This document shows, piece after piece, positions 27,378 through 37,622 of a stretch of DNA of 64,000 bases. The translations under genes and the position numbers were made by a program. How positions within the stretch are numbered: the first letter of the stretch is position 1; each line of letters opens with the position of its first letter. The stretch is from an uncultured Desulfobulbaceae bacterium (GTDB lineage Bacteria > Desulfobacterota > Desulfobulbia > Desulfobulbales > BM004), in assembly GCA_947259115.1 (NCBI GenBank), contig CAMYKS010000004.1:2810-66809 (forward strand), written 5' to 3'. The notes under the pieces were generated by a model. It saw only the letters and a list, made by a program, of their open reading frames with translations, ran no database searches and had not been told where the DNA came from.

Positions 27378-28509
27378 GTTGAACGGCAAAAAATTTCTGT
27401 TGCAGGGAAATGAGGCCATGGCAGAAGGCGCCATTGCCGCGGGGTGCCGTTTCTTTGCAGGGTATCCCATTACCCCTGCTTCCGAGATAAGCGAACGCAT
27501 GTCCTACCGGCTGCCCCAGGTGGACGGCACCTTTATCCAGATGGAGGATGAAATTTCCAGCCTGGGTGCCGTAATCGGCGCCTCGCTGGCAGGTGTTAAG
27601 AGCATGACCGCCACCAGTGGTCCCGGGTTTTCACTCATGCAGGAAAACCTTGGCTACGCCTGCATAACCGAAGTTCCCTGTGTCGTTGTCAATGTCATGC
27701 GTGGCGGACCCAGCACAGGATTGCCGACCAGTCCGGCCCAGGGAGATGTCCTGCAGGCCCGTTGGGGAACCCACGGCGACCATCCTGTCATCGTCCTTTC
27801 GGTCTCTTCGGTCAGCGAATGTTTTTCTATAATTGTCACGGCCTTCAATCTCTCGGAAAAATACAGAGTGCCGGTGGTGGTGCTCTCGGACGAGGTCGTG
27901 GCCCACTCCCGGGAAACCTTCACTATCCCGGCTGCCGACTCCATCGAAGTGGTGGACCGCATCGTGCCCAATGTACCGCCGGAATGGTACAAACCTTATG
28001 AAGACAACAGCCGCGGCGTGCCTCCCATGGCAGCCATGGGAGATGGATACAGGCATCACGTCACCGGTCTGGTGCATGACGCCCATGGCTTTCCTACGGA
28101 GAGACCGGATGAGATCGAGGCTTTTTTAAAGCGGCAGTTCAGGAAAATAACCAATGGTTTTTTTGAAATTCAGATTACCAAGAAATTCAATATTGAAGAT
28201 GCCGAGATCGCGGTTATCGCCTATGGTTCCGTTGCCCGTTCAGCGCATCGGGCTGTTGCCATGGCCCGTTCCCAAGGCATCAAAGCCGGGCTCATCCAGC
28301 TGGTCACCCTCTTTCCCTTTCCGAAAAGCACGGTGGTGAACGTCATGCGCCAGTGCAAGGCAGTCCTTGTCCCTGAAATGAACATGGGGCAGATAAGCCG
28401 TGAGGCAAAACGGGTTAACACCGGTTTGACCAAGGTCTTCAAATACAACCGTATCGACGGGCAACTTATCAGCCCTGTTGAGATATTCGAAGAACTTCAG
28501 AAGATGTAA
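27367..28509 (+). CDS. korA: 2-oxoglutarate:ferredoxin oxidoreductase alpha subunit
   Basis: [41 protein letters not shown]. The ATG at 27367 overlaps the korD end by 11 nt. The ORF-track start at 27160 lies inside korD. Confidence 0.85.
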   Translation: [380 protein letters not shown]

Positions 28510-28564
28510 AATGGGTCTGCTGCCATGTATATTTTAATCCAGCCCCCGGAATTGGAGATAAAGC

Positions 28565-29395
28565 ATGTTTTCAGGAATGACTGAGCTGCGCCACAAGTAC
28601 CTGCGCCACCACAAAAAATTTCCCCATGTATGGTGTCCCGGATGCGGCAACGGTATTGTCCTCGGCGCTCTTATCCGCGCCATTGAGCGGCTGAACCTGG
28701 AAAAAGATGATATCGTATTTGCTTCAGGCATAGGCTGCTCGGGCCGCATGCCCACCTATGTCGATTTCAATACCCTGCATACCACCCATGGCAGGGCTTT
28801 GACCTTTGCCACCGGCATCAAGCTTGCCAACCCGTCCCTCAACGTTATTGCGGTCATGGGGGACGGCGATGCCACGGCCATCGGCGGCAACCACTTCATT
28901 CACGCCGCCAGGCGCAATCTGGATCTTACCGCCATCATTATTAATAACCAGATTTACGGCATGACCGGCGGTCAGGCTTCCCCAACCACACCATATGGAG
29001 CCCAATCAACAACCTCACCCTTTTCCAACATCGAGCATGCTTTTTCCATCGCTGAACTTGCCGTTGCCGCCGGAGCAAGTTTTGTGGCCCGGGGCACAGT
29101 GTATCATGCCGCGCAGCTGGACAAACTTCTTGAGAAAGGCATCAATAAAATCGGCTTCAGTGTTGTGGAAATCATGTCCAACTGCCATGTGCAGTTCGGC
29201 AGGCGCAACCAGATGGGCGACCCGGTCACCATGCTCAACTGGTTGAAAGAGCACGCCGTATCAAAGGACAACGGCTCCAGCATGCCGCCGGATTCCCTTG
29301 ACGCCAAATTTACCATTGGCATCCTGGCTGACACGGATAAACCAGACTACATTGAGGAATACAAAAAAATAAGGCTAAAGGCCCAAAGGGGTTAG
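28565..29395 (+). CDS. korB: 2-oxoglutarate:ferredoxin oxidoreductase beta (TPP-binding) subunit
   Basis: WCPGCGNGIV, SGIGCSGR, GDGDATAIGGNHFIHAARRN. Confidence 0.85.
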   Translation: MFSGMTELRHKYLRHHKKFPHVWCPGCGNGIVLGALIRAIERLNLEKDDIVFASGIGCSGRMPTYVDFNTLHTTHGRALTFATGIKLANPSLNVIAVMGDGDATAIGGNHFIHAARRNLDLTAIIINNQIYGMTGGQASPTTPYGAQSTTSPFSNIEHAFSIAELAVAAGASFVARGTVYHAAQLDKLLEKGINKIGFSVVEIMSNCHVQFGRRNQMGDPVTMLNWLKEHAVSKDNGSSMPPDSLDAKFTIGILADTDKPDYIEEYKKIRLKAQRG

Positions 29396-29399
29396 GGGT

Positions 29400-29990
29400 A
29401 TGGATGTTGATCGTTTTGAGATACGGCTTAGCGGTTCAGGGGGCCAGGGAATCATTCTGGCATCCATTATTCTGGCTGAAGCAGCCGGCATTTTTGCAGG
29501 ATATAACGTGAGTCAGACCCAAAGCTACGGTCCTGAAGCACGTGGCGGCAGATGCAAGGCCGAAGTGGTCATCAGCAGCAAGCCCATCGACTACCCGAAG
29601 GCAGTGCAGCTTGACATGATGCTGGCCATGAACCAGGCATCCTGCGATTCCTACTGCTTTGATTTCAAAGCAAACGGTTTGCTGCTTGTTGACTCAGGCC
29701 TCGTGGACCAGACACCCACCAGCCGGGTTGTTGCTCTTCCCTTTACAAAAATTGCCCGGGAGTCTGCAGGCAGGGATTTGGCTGCCAATATTGTTGCCCT
29801 TGGCGCCCTGGGACATTTCTGCCCCCTGCTGTCACGCAAAAGCCTGGAATCCGCCCTGTCTGCCAGGGTACCCCAGGAAACCAAAAAGATGAACAGCAAA
29901 GCTTTGAAAGCAGGCATTAAGGCTGCGGAAAAGTTTGACATGGACAGCCTGCCGCGCTCCATTCTCCCCGAAGAAGAAGAGGAAATCTGA
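29400..29990 (+). CDS. korC: 2-oxoglutarate:ferredoxin oxidoreductase gamma subunit
   Basis: IRLSGSGGQGIILAS..QSYGPEARGG, the gamma-subunit signature. Starts 4 nt after korB. Confidence 0.85.
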   Translation: MDVDRFEIRLSGSGGQGIILASIILAEAAGIFAGYNVSQTQSYGPEARGGRCKAEVVISSKPIDYPKAVQLDMMLAMNQASCDSYCFDFKANGLLLVDSGLVDQTPTSRVVALPFTKIARESAGRDLAANIVALGALGHFCPLLSRKSLESALSARVPQETKKMNSKALKAGIKAAEKFDMDSLPRSILPEEEEEI

Positions 29991-30018
29991 CACACATTAC
30001 CCTTAAACGTGGAAGCCG

Positions 30019-32997
30019 ATGAAGCCTGACATTAGTTTGTGGCATGATGACCTGGACAGCAGCTTTAAGGTCTTCCATGAGCTCATGGCATACAAGATAC
30101 GTGATATCCTCCTGGTACTGAGCCCTTACGACGCCTTTATCATGGAAGAGGACACCAGCCTCTCCACCCGGATCATCAACGAATACAGAGGATTGAACCT
30201 CAGCAAACCGCCGCGCCTGACCAACGTTTCCACTGCTGCTGAAGCTCTTGAACTGGTACGCTATAAAAAATTCGACTTGGTTATTACCCTGCCCCAGGTG
30301 GGCGAGATGGACTGCAACATCTTAGGCCTCAAAATAAAAGAAATCTGTCCGCATCTGCCGGTAATCCTCCTGGCCCACAGCCTGAAAGCAATCACCCCAT
30401 ACATGGAAAAAGGGAAGCGATCCGGAATTGACAATTTCTATATCTGGTCTGCCGACCCCGCACTTCTCCTGGCGCTTATCAAGAACATTGAAGACCATCA
30501 TAACGTTGAATGGGATACCTCCCTGGCCATGGTTCGTGTTCTCATCCTCGTGGAGGATTCGCCGCTTTACCGATCATTCTTCCTGCCGCTGCTCTATAAG
30601 GAGGTGGTGGCCCAGACCCAGGCGGTCCTGGATGATAGCCTCAATGAGGAGCACAGGCTCCTGAAGATGCGCGGTCGGCCAAAGATCCTGGTGGCGGAAA
30701 ATTATGAAGAAGCGATGCAGCTCTATCACAAGTATAAAAACTTTGTTTTCGGCATCTTTTCCGATACCCGTTTTCCCAAAAATTCCAATTTAAAGGATAA
30801 CGCAGGATTAGAGCTGCTGCAGCATATTCGCAGGGAGATACCGGATCTACCACTGTTGCTCCTCAGTTCCGAATCGACCAATGCCCCAAAGGCAGAAGCA
30901 ATTCCAGCAAGTTTTATCAATAAAAACGACGACATACTTGAAGAGGAAATCCACCGGTTTTTTCTGCAGCATCTCGGTTTTGGTGATTTTATTTTCCACA
31001 TGCCGGACGGCTTGCAAGTTGACCAGGCCTCAAGTCTGCACTCTTTTGAAAAAAAACTGGCCACCATCCCTTATGAATGCCTGCTGTTCCATGCGACACA
31101 CAATCATTTCTCAAACTGGGTTATGGCCAGGGCAGAGATTGGCCTTGCGTCCCGTTTGCACAAGAGCCGTATAACTCAGTTTAACAATGTTGAGACGCTG
31201 CGCCAATACCTTATTAAGCAGATCCATTCCCTGCGCAGATTGAGGGAACAGGGTGTTGTGGCCCATTTTGCCGAGCATGATTTTGATGCCGATGTCATGC
31301 AGTTTGTCAAGATAGGGCATGGCTCAATGGGGGGCAAGGCTCTGGGGCTGGCCTTCATGGCCTCACAACTTTCTAAAAATGGGTGGCTGCAGGAAAAATA
31401 TCCCCAGCTAAGCATCTCCATACCACCGACCCTTGTCCTAACAACTGAAGGGTTTCAGGCTTTTATGCGGCAAAATAATCTCTTAATTGATTTTGCAAGT
31501 AAAAGCGATGCTGAAATCGCCTCACTTTTTCTTGCGGCAGCTATGCCGACCTGGCTTGAAAATCAACTTGGCGCTTTTCTGCAACAGGTATTCGAGCCAT
31601 TAAGCGTCCGCTCCTCAAGCCTTCTTGAGGATGCACTGCACACACCCTTTGCCGGACTTTTTGAAACCTATATGCTGCCAAACAACCATGCTGACCATGG
31701 AATCCGCCTGCAGCAACTGGTTAAAGCTGTAAAGCTTGTTTTTGCCTCAACGTACTTCGCCGATCCACGGGCCTTTTCCTCTGGAATAGACAAACATGCA
31801 TCCAGCCCTGAAAGCATGGCTGTCATTATTCAAATATTGGCAGGCAAGCCATACGGCAACTATTTCTATCCTGCAATTTCCGGCATAACCAAATCGTACA
31901 ATTACTATCCAGTTGGTAAAATGAAAGCGAATGACGGCATTGCGCAGATCGCCTTAGGCTTTGGCAAAACAGTAGTAGAAGGGGGAAAATGCCTTCTCTT
32001 TTCTCCCCCTTACCCGAAAAAACTGCCCCAGTTTGCAAACGTCGATGATATGCTGTCCAGCTCCCAGCAGAGCTTTTATGCCCTGCGCATCAAGGGATAT
32101 CCTGCTGAACTCGACTACTGCCAATCTAATCTTGTGCAGCGGGAAATAAGCGATGCTGAAAATGAACCACCCGTCCAGGCCATGGTAAGCACCTATTTTC
32201 CTGAGGATCATGCTGTTCGGGACAGCTTCTCCAAAGGTCCGAAGGTTGTCACTTTTGCCTCCATCCTGAAACATCAGATGCTGCCTCTGGCAGATCTGTT
32301 GCAGGATCTCCTGGAACTGGGCTACAAGGGGATGAGCTGTGATATAGAAATCGAGTTCGCTGTTGACTTGGGCAGCGATGCTGAGAAGAGCAGGTTTCAT
32401 TTCCTGCAGATCCGCCCCATGGTTGCCGGTGAGAACCGCTATGAAGTTACAATTGATCAGACAGAGATCGATGGGGCTTTTTGCTATTCCAGTAAGCCCC
32501 TGGGGCATGGAATAGATGATACAATTGCTGATATTGTTTATATAAAACCGGAGACATTCAAAACTAAGGAGACCCGGGAAATATCCCGTGAGATCGGTCA
32601 TATCAATGCCAGGCTCATAAAAGGGCAGAAACCATACCTGCTTATCGGCCCGGGAAGATGGGGGTCGGCTGACCCCTGGCTGGGCATCCCGGTTGGCTGG
32701 GAGGACATTTCCGGGGTGGCGGCAATGATTGAACTGCGTAATGACCAGCTCTTTGCCGAGGATTCCCAGGGCACCCACTTTTTCCAGAATATTACCGCCA
32801 TGGGTATCAAATACCTGACAGTCACTGAAAACGATGAAAAGCTTGCCGATTTCATCAACTGGCAATGGCTAGCATCTTTACCGACAACCTATGAGACAGA
32901 ACACTTGAGACATGTGCGTCTTGCAAACCCTTTTCGTATTAAAGTTAACATTCAGACATCGGAATGCGTCATATTTGAAAAAAATAATAAGAAATAG
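30019..32997 (+). CDS. receiver-like domains fused to a PEP/pyruvate-binding (PPDK_N ATP-grasp) domain and a C-terminal GPGRWGS domain
   Basis: N-terminal CheY-like segments (ILLVLSPYD.., VLILVEDSP..GIFSDTRFP). PPDK_N motifs GGKALGLAFM, SVRSSSLLEDALHTPFAGLFETY, AVIIQIL, FLQIRPM. C-terminal LIGPGRWGSADPWLGIPV..SQGTHFFQN. No GGxTSH swivel motif seen. Confidence 0.75.
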   Translation: MKPDISLWHDDLDSSFKVFHELMAYKIRDILLVLSPYDAFIMEEDTSLSTRIINEYRGLNLSKPPRLTNVSTAAEALELVRYKKFDLVITLPQVGEMDCNILGLKIKEICPHLPVILLAHSLKAITPYMEKGKRSGIDNFYIWSADPALLLALIKNIEDHHNVEWDTSLAMVRVLILVEDSPLYRSFFLPLLYKEVVAQTQAVLDDSLNEEHRLLKMRGRPKILVAENYEEAMQLYHKYKNFVFGIFSDTRFPKNSNLKDNAGLELLQHIRREIPDLPLLLLSSESTNAPKAEAIPASFINKNDDILEEEIHRFFLQHLGFGDFIFHMPDGLQVDQASSLHSFEKKLATIPYECLLFHATHNHFSNWVMARAEIGLASRLHKSRITQFNNVETLRQYLIKQIHSLRRLREQGVVAHFAEHDFDADVMQFVKIGHGSMGGKALGLAFMASQLSKNGWLQEKYPQLSISIPPTLVLTTEGFQAFMRQNNLLIDFASKSDAEIASLFLAAAMPTWLENQLGAFLQQVFEPLSVRSSSLLEDALHTPFAGLFETYMLPNNHADHGIRLQQLVKAVKLVFASTYFADPRAFSSGIDKHASSPESMAVIIQILAGKPYGNYFYPAISGITKSYNYYPVGKMKANDGIAQIALGFGKTVVEGGKCLLFSPPYPKKLPQFANVDDMLSSSQQSFYALRIKGYPAELDYCQSNLVQREISDAENEPPVQAMVSTYFPEDHAVRDSFSKGPKVVTFASILKHQMLPLADLLQDLLELGYKGMSCDIEIEFAVDLGSDAEKSRFHFLQIRPMVAGENRYEVTIDQTEIDGAFCYSSKPLGHGIDDTIADIVYIKPETFKTKETREISREIGHINARLIKGQKPYLLIGPGRWGSADPWLGIPVGWEDISGVAAMIELRNDQLFAEDSQGTHFFQNITAMGIKYLTVTENDEKLADFINWQWLASLPTTYETEHLRHVRLANPFRIKVNIQTSECVIFEKNNKK

Positions 32998-33041
32998 TTT
33001 TTTAAGTCGAATAATTCACGAGCTGGGCAGGAGCAGAAAAT

Positions 33042-34391
33042 ATGGATGATTTTATGACAATGGTGCGGGAAAAGGATCCAGGTGAAGAGGAATTCCACCA
33101 GGCAGTCGAGGAGGTGCTCGAATCCGTAAAGCCTGTTATTGAGAGAAATCCGGAATACCGCAGAGCAGCAGTGCTTGAAAGAATTGTTGAGCCTGAACGC
33201 GTTATACAGTTCCGGGTGCCGTGGATGGACGACGAGGGACAGGTCCATGTCAACCGTGGGTTCCGGGTTGAAATGAACAGCGCCATCGGGCCTTACAAGG
33301 GCGGCCTGCGTTTTCACCCTTCGGTCAACCTGGGCATCATGAAGTTTCTAGCTTTTGAACAGGTTTTCAAAAACAGCCTCACAACCCTGGGAATGGGCGG
33401 CGCCAAAGGCGGCTCGGATTTCAATCCCAAGGGTAAATCGGATAATGAAATAATGCGCTTCTGCCAGGGTTATATGACTGAACTCTTCAGGCATATAGGT
33501 CCAAACACTGATATTCCTGCCGGCGATATCGGGGTAGGCACCCGGGAGATCGGTTATCTTTTCGGCATGTACAAGAAACTGAAAAATGAATTTTCAGGTG
33601 TACTGACAGGTAAAAGCCTCAATTGGGGCGGCAGCCTGATCCGGCCGGAGGCAACCGGCTATGGCTGTGTCTATTTTGCAGCGGAGATGCTTGCCACCCG
33701 CAATGATAAACTGGAAGGCAAAACCTGCCTGATATCTGGGAGTGGCAATGTTGCCCAGTATACAGCGGAGAAAATATTGCACCTGGGAGGCAGGGTTGTG
33801 ACCCTTTCAGATTCATACGGCTACATTTATGATGAACAGGGCATTGACTCGGAAAAACTTGAATTTGTAAAAGAGCTTAAAAATATCAAGCGTGGCCGCA
33901 TTGATCGGTATACAGAAAAATACACTTCAGCTGTATATACACCGGCAGATCAGATATTGGACCATAATCCTCTTTGGGGCCATGGGGCCGACTGCTGCTT
34001 TCCCTGTGCCACAGAAAATGAAATCCAGCGGCAGGACGCTGAAAATCTGACCAATAACGGTGTACAACTTATCTGCGAAGGGGCCAACATGCCCTCCACT
34101 CCGGAAGCTGTAGACATTTTCAGCGACCGCGGAATTCTTTACGGGCCGTCCAAAGCCGCCAATGCAGGAGGCGTAGCAGTTTCAGGCCTGGAAATGGCGC
34201 AGAATTCCATGCGCCTGAACTGGCCGGCGGAAGAAGTAAACAGCCGCCTGAAAATAATTATGAAATCAATCCACCAGACCTGCCTGGACGCCGCTGAAGA
34301 GTACGGTGAAGCCGGCAGCTATGTGGCTGGTGCCAATATTGCCGGCTTTGTCAAGGTTGTGAGTGCCATGCTTGATCAAGGGCTGGTGTAA
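33042..34391 (+). CDS. gdhA: NADP-specific glutamate dehydrogenase
   Basis: RVPWMDDEGQVHVNRGFRV, GPYKGGLRFHPS, GMGGAKGGSDFNPKGKS, GSGNVAQY, at 449 aa. Confidence 0.95.
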   Translation: MDDFMTMVREKDPGEEEFHQAVEEVLESVKPVIERNPEYRRAAVLERIVEPERVIQFRVPWMDDEGQVHVNRGFRVEMNSAIGPYKGGLRFHPSVNLGIMKFLAFEQVFKNSLTTLGMGGAKGGSDFNPKGKSDNEIMRFCQGYMTELFRHIGPNTDIPAGDIGVGTREIGYLFGMYKKLKNEFSGVLTGKSLNWGGSLIRPEATGYGCVYFAAEMLATRNDKLEGKTCLISGSGNVAQYTAEKILHLGGRVVTLSDSYGYIYDEQGIDSEKLEFVKELKNIKRGRIDRYTEKYTSAVYTPADQILDHNPLWGHGADCCFPCATENEIQRQDAENLTNNGVQLICEGANMPSTPEAVDIFSDRGILYGPSKAANAGGVAVSGLEMAQNSMRLNWPAEEVNSRLKIIMKSIHQTCLDAAEEYGEAGSYVAGANIAGFVKVVSAMLDQGLV

Positions 34392-34578
34392 TTGTTTTTT
34401 TTAAAGCTGTTTGCAGAAAATTACAATCAAATTTTATCTTCAACGGTTATTATGGACTCTTTCAGCTCTAAGGAGTATAATTGGTTTGTGGGTACAATGT
34501 ATTAATGCCTAGGTCTGATTAGTCTTACTAATATTTTTTTATCCAGACAAGACTACCATTTTCTCTCATTTTCCAACC

Positions 34579-37260
34579 ATGGAACACTCTGACGCTCCCT
34601 TACGAAAACAGCTCATCATTCCGCTCCTGCTTTGCCTTTTCATCATGCTTGCGGTTTCTCTTGCCAGCGTTTTCATGATTCAACGCCTGCATATACATAA
34701 CACTATCAAGTCCAATGTGGACAGCGTAGAAAAGCTCTTCCCTACCCTTCTTGAAATGGAAACCAACCAGCTTGCAGCCCACGTTGACTTGCTGGGGCGT
34801 GATAAAAACCTGCAGGAAATATGGTTAACCCGGGACAGAGATTCCCTGTTTCAGACGGCCTCCCCAATGTTTTCTGAAATTAAATCGAAGTACAACATTA
34901 CCCATTTCTATTTTACAGATCTTGACAGAAACTGCTTCCTGCGTGTGCACAATCCTGAACGTTTCGGCGATTATATCAACCGTTCAACCATGAACGCAGC
35001 TGTTCGTAAGGGAACAAACGGCAGCGGCATCGAACTTGGCCCTCTCGGCACCTTTACCCTCAGGGTTGTGCATCCCTGGTTTATCGATGGAACACTTGTC
35101 GGCTACATAGAACTCGGCAAGGAAATCCTGCACATCGCGCCCATGCTGAAACGCAGCCTCAACGTTGATCTCATCTTTACCATTCACAAAACCCGTCTGC
35201 ACCGTCTGGACTGGGAAGAAGGCATGCGCATGTTAGGACGCGATTCTCAATGGGACTTATTCAGAGACTCTGTAATCATAGATGCAACCAAAGATGATAT
35301 ACCTCCACAGATTGGAGGTCAACTTGCTTTGCCGCATCAGGATCATGCAGACGGTATCGTGGAATTAAACACTGATAATCTACAGCTGCGCGCCATGTTT
35401 ATTCCCCTCATAGATGCCGGGGCACGGGATGTTGGTGATATAATTGTTATTTCAGATGTGACGGCGCTTGAATACAACCTCAACATGATCACCCTTTCAA
35501 TACTTGCCCTTTTTCTTTTTATCGGCATGATACTCATGGCACTCATGTACTTCTTCCTGATCAGGACAGAAGATACGATAGGCTCTATAAAAAATAAGCT
35601 TGTTGCTGAAATTGAAGAGCGCAAACAGGCTGAAGAAGACCTGAAGCACCACCGTGACAATCTTGAACTGTTGATCCAGGAACGCACCCATGAATTAAAC
35701 AACTCGTTAATCAAATTAAAAAGTGAAGTAGAAGAAAGAAAGCTGGCGGAAGAGGCTCTGCGTTTGAGTGAGGATCAATTCAGGGGTGTTTTTGAGGGTT
35801 CGGCCCTGGGCATTACCATTTCCGACATGAATGGCCATATCCTGAAATGCAACCCCGCTTTCCAGAAAATGTTGGGTTTCAGTGAAAAAGAACTCAAGAA
35901 AATGACCTTTTCCACTCTCACCCACTCTGAAGATGCAGGAAAACACATGGAACTTTACCATGAACTCCTCGATGGCAAACGTGATTTTTTCAGGGCTGAA
36001 AAACGCTATATCAGCAATGATGGCCAGGTAGTCTGGGGTCAATTGACTGCATCATTTGTCCGTAACCAGGCCGGTAAACCGCTTTTTATCATCGGCTTGA
36101 TTGAAAATATCGGTGAGAGAAAACTCCTTGAGATAGAGCGCATCAAGGCCAGTAAACTCGAATCCATAGGTTTATTGGCCGGCGGCATAGCCCACGACTT
36201 CAACAATCTTTTAACCGCCATAGTCGGCAACATTTCCCTGGCGAAAAACTTTATTGATCCTGCAAGCAAGGCTTCTGCCAGGCTGCAGCAGGCGGAAAAA
36301 GCCCTTTTTCGTTCCAAGGATCTTACGCAGCAGTTGTTGACATTTTCCAAGGGCGGCGATCCGGTTAAAAAGAGTGTTGCAATCGCCGATTTGCTCCGTG
36401 AATCGGCAGAGTTTGCTTTGCGGGGTGCCAATGTCAAATGCAACTTTACTATTGCCAAAGATCTGTGGCGGGCCCTTGTGGACAGTGGTCAATTCACCCA
36501 GATTATCCAGAATCTGATGATAAATGCCGATCATGCCATGGCCGAAGGCGGAACAATTACCATTGCAGCCAGTAATTATACAGCAACCCGTGAAAGCGAT
36601 CTGCCCATAAATGAAGGGAAGTTTGTTAAAATTTCTATCCGGGACCAAGGTCAGGGAATTAAGCCGGATGATCTGCCAAAGATTTTCGACCCCTATTTCA
36701 CTACAAAAAATGATGGCACCGGCCTGGGTCTTTCCATCGTCCATTCAATCGTTAATAACCATAACGGTCATATAGTAGTCGATTCACCGCCCGGTAAAGG
36801 CACAACGTTTCACATTTACCTTCCGGCCTCTCTCATGAAAAATGAGAAAATTAAGGCAGAACCTTCTCAAGTTATCACGGGCAGCGGCAAGATACTTCTT
36901 ATGGATGATGAGGAGATGATCAGGGATTTTGCCAGAGAATTACTGGAGTACCTGGGGTATGAAGTGGAGCTTGCCGGAGATGGAGCCGAAGCGGTCAAAC
37001 TGTTTCAGAAAGCCAGGGCAAACGGGACACCCTTTAGCGCTGTTTTCATGGATATTACAGTACCGGGTGGCATGGGCGGCAAGGAGGCAATACAGGAAAT
37101 GCTTGAAATTGATCCTGCCGTCAAAGCCATTGTTTCAAGCGGTTACGCCCGGGATCCGATCATGTCCAATTATCAGCGCTACGGATTTGTCGGTGTAGTG
37201 CCGAAACCTTATAATCTGGAGGAAATGAGTATGGAACTCCACAGGGTGCTAACCCGGTAA
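34579..37260 (+). CDS. hybrid sensor histidine kinase (periplasmic sensor, PAS, HisKA, HATPase, C-terminal receiver)
   Basis: Two TM segments flank a ~270-aa sensor region. PAS (SEDQFRGVFEGSALGI), H-box IAHDFNNLLTAI, GTGLGLSIV, receiver ILLMDDEEMIRD..FMDITVPGGMGG. Confidence 0.9.
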   Translation: MEHSDAPLRKQLIIPLLLCLFIMLAVSLASVFMIQRLHIHNTIKSNVDSVEKLFPTLLEMETNQLAAHVDLLGRDKNLQEIWLTRDRDSLFQTASPMFSEIKSKYNITHFYFTDLDRNCFLRVHNPERFGDYINRSTMNAAVRKGTNGSGIELGPLGTFTLRVVHPWFIDGTLVGYIELGKEILHIAPMLKRSLNVDLIFTIHKTRLHRLDWEEGMRMLGRDSQWDLFRDSVIIDATKDDIPPQIGGQLALPHQDHADGIVELNTDNLQLRAMFIPLIDAGARDVGDIIVISDVTALEYNLNMITLSILALFLFIGMILMALMYFFLIRTEDTIGSIKNKLVAEIEERKQAEEDLKHHRDNLELLIQERTHELNNSLIKLKSEVEERKLAEEALRLSEDQFRGVFEGSALGITISDMNGHILKCNPAFQKMLGFSEKELKKMTFSTLTHSEDAGKHMELYHELLDGKRDFFRAEKRYISNDGQVVWGQLTASFVRNQAGKPLFIIGLIENIGERKLLEIERIKASKLESIGLLAGGIAHDFNNLLTAIVGNISLAKNFIDPASKASARLQQAEKALFRSKDLTQQLLTFSKGGDPVKKSVAIADLLRESAEFALRGANVKCNFTIAKDLWRALVDSGQFTQIIQNLMINADHAMAEGGTITIAASNYTATRESDLPINEGKFVKISIRDQGQGIKPDDLPKIFDPYFTTKNDGTGLGLSIVHSIVNNHNGHIVVDSPPGKGTTFHIYLPASLMKNEKIKAEPSQVITGSGKILLMDDEEMIRDFARELLEYLGYEVELAGDGAEAVKLFQKARANGTPFSAVFMDITVPGGMGGKEAIQEMLEIDPAVKAIVSSGYARDPIMSNYQRYGFVGVVPKPYNLEEMSMELHRVLTR

Positions 37261-37292
37261 AGAACAGGGGTCGAGGGGTCAAGTAAAAAAGA

Positions 37293-37591
37293 AGTGACTA
37301 AAGTGAGCTAAAGTTAAGAGTGAGCTAAAGTTATAAAAAATATTTCTTGGCTTAGTCTCTTGGATGGGTGCTAGATCGGAGTCTCCCTCTGGTCGCTTAC
37401 CTGGAGTCTCCTTCTGGTCGTTTATACCCCTCAAGGGGGGTTTATGCCCTGTTTTTAAGGGTGTACTAAAAAGAGTGTCCTGAAAGGGTGCTTACCTCCC
37501 GCGACGGCGGGAGTCCAGGAAGATGACAGCTTAGTTTCGTTAAGAGCCAGATTAAAAAATAAACTTTAGCTCACTTGTAACTTTAGTCACT
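37293..37591. repeat. ~300-bp non-coding composite element bounded by ~25-30-bp imperfect terminal inverted repeats (MITE-like)
   Basis: Left end AGTGACTAAAGTGAGCTAAAGTT versus reverse complement of right end AGTGACTAAAGTTACAAGTGAGCTAAAGTT. Inside: 2 x AGTGAGCTAAAGTTA, two inverted 25-bp units (37377-37426), hairpin CCCCTCAAGGGGGG, and hairpin CTCCCGC/GCGGGAG (37496-37513). Confidence 0.7.
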
Positions 37592-37622
37592 ATCTCTTTC
37601 TACTCCATCACTCCAGTCATAT

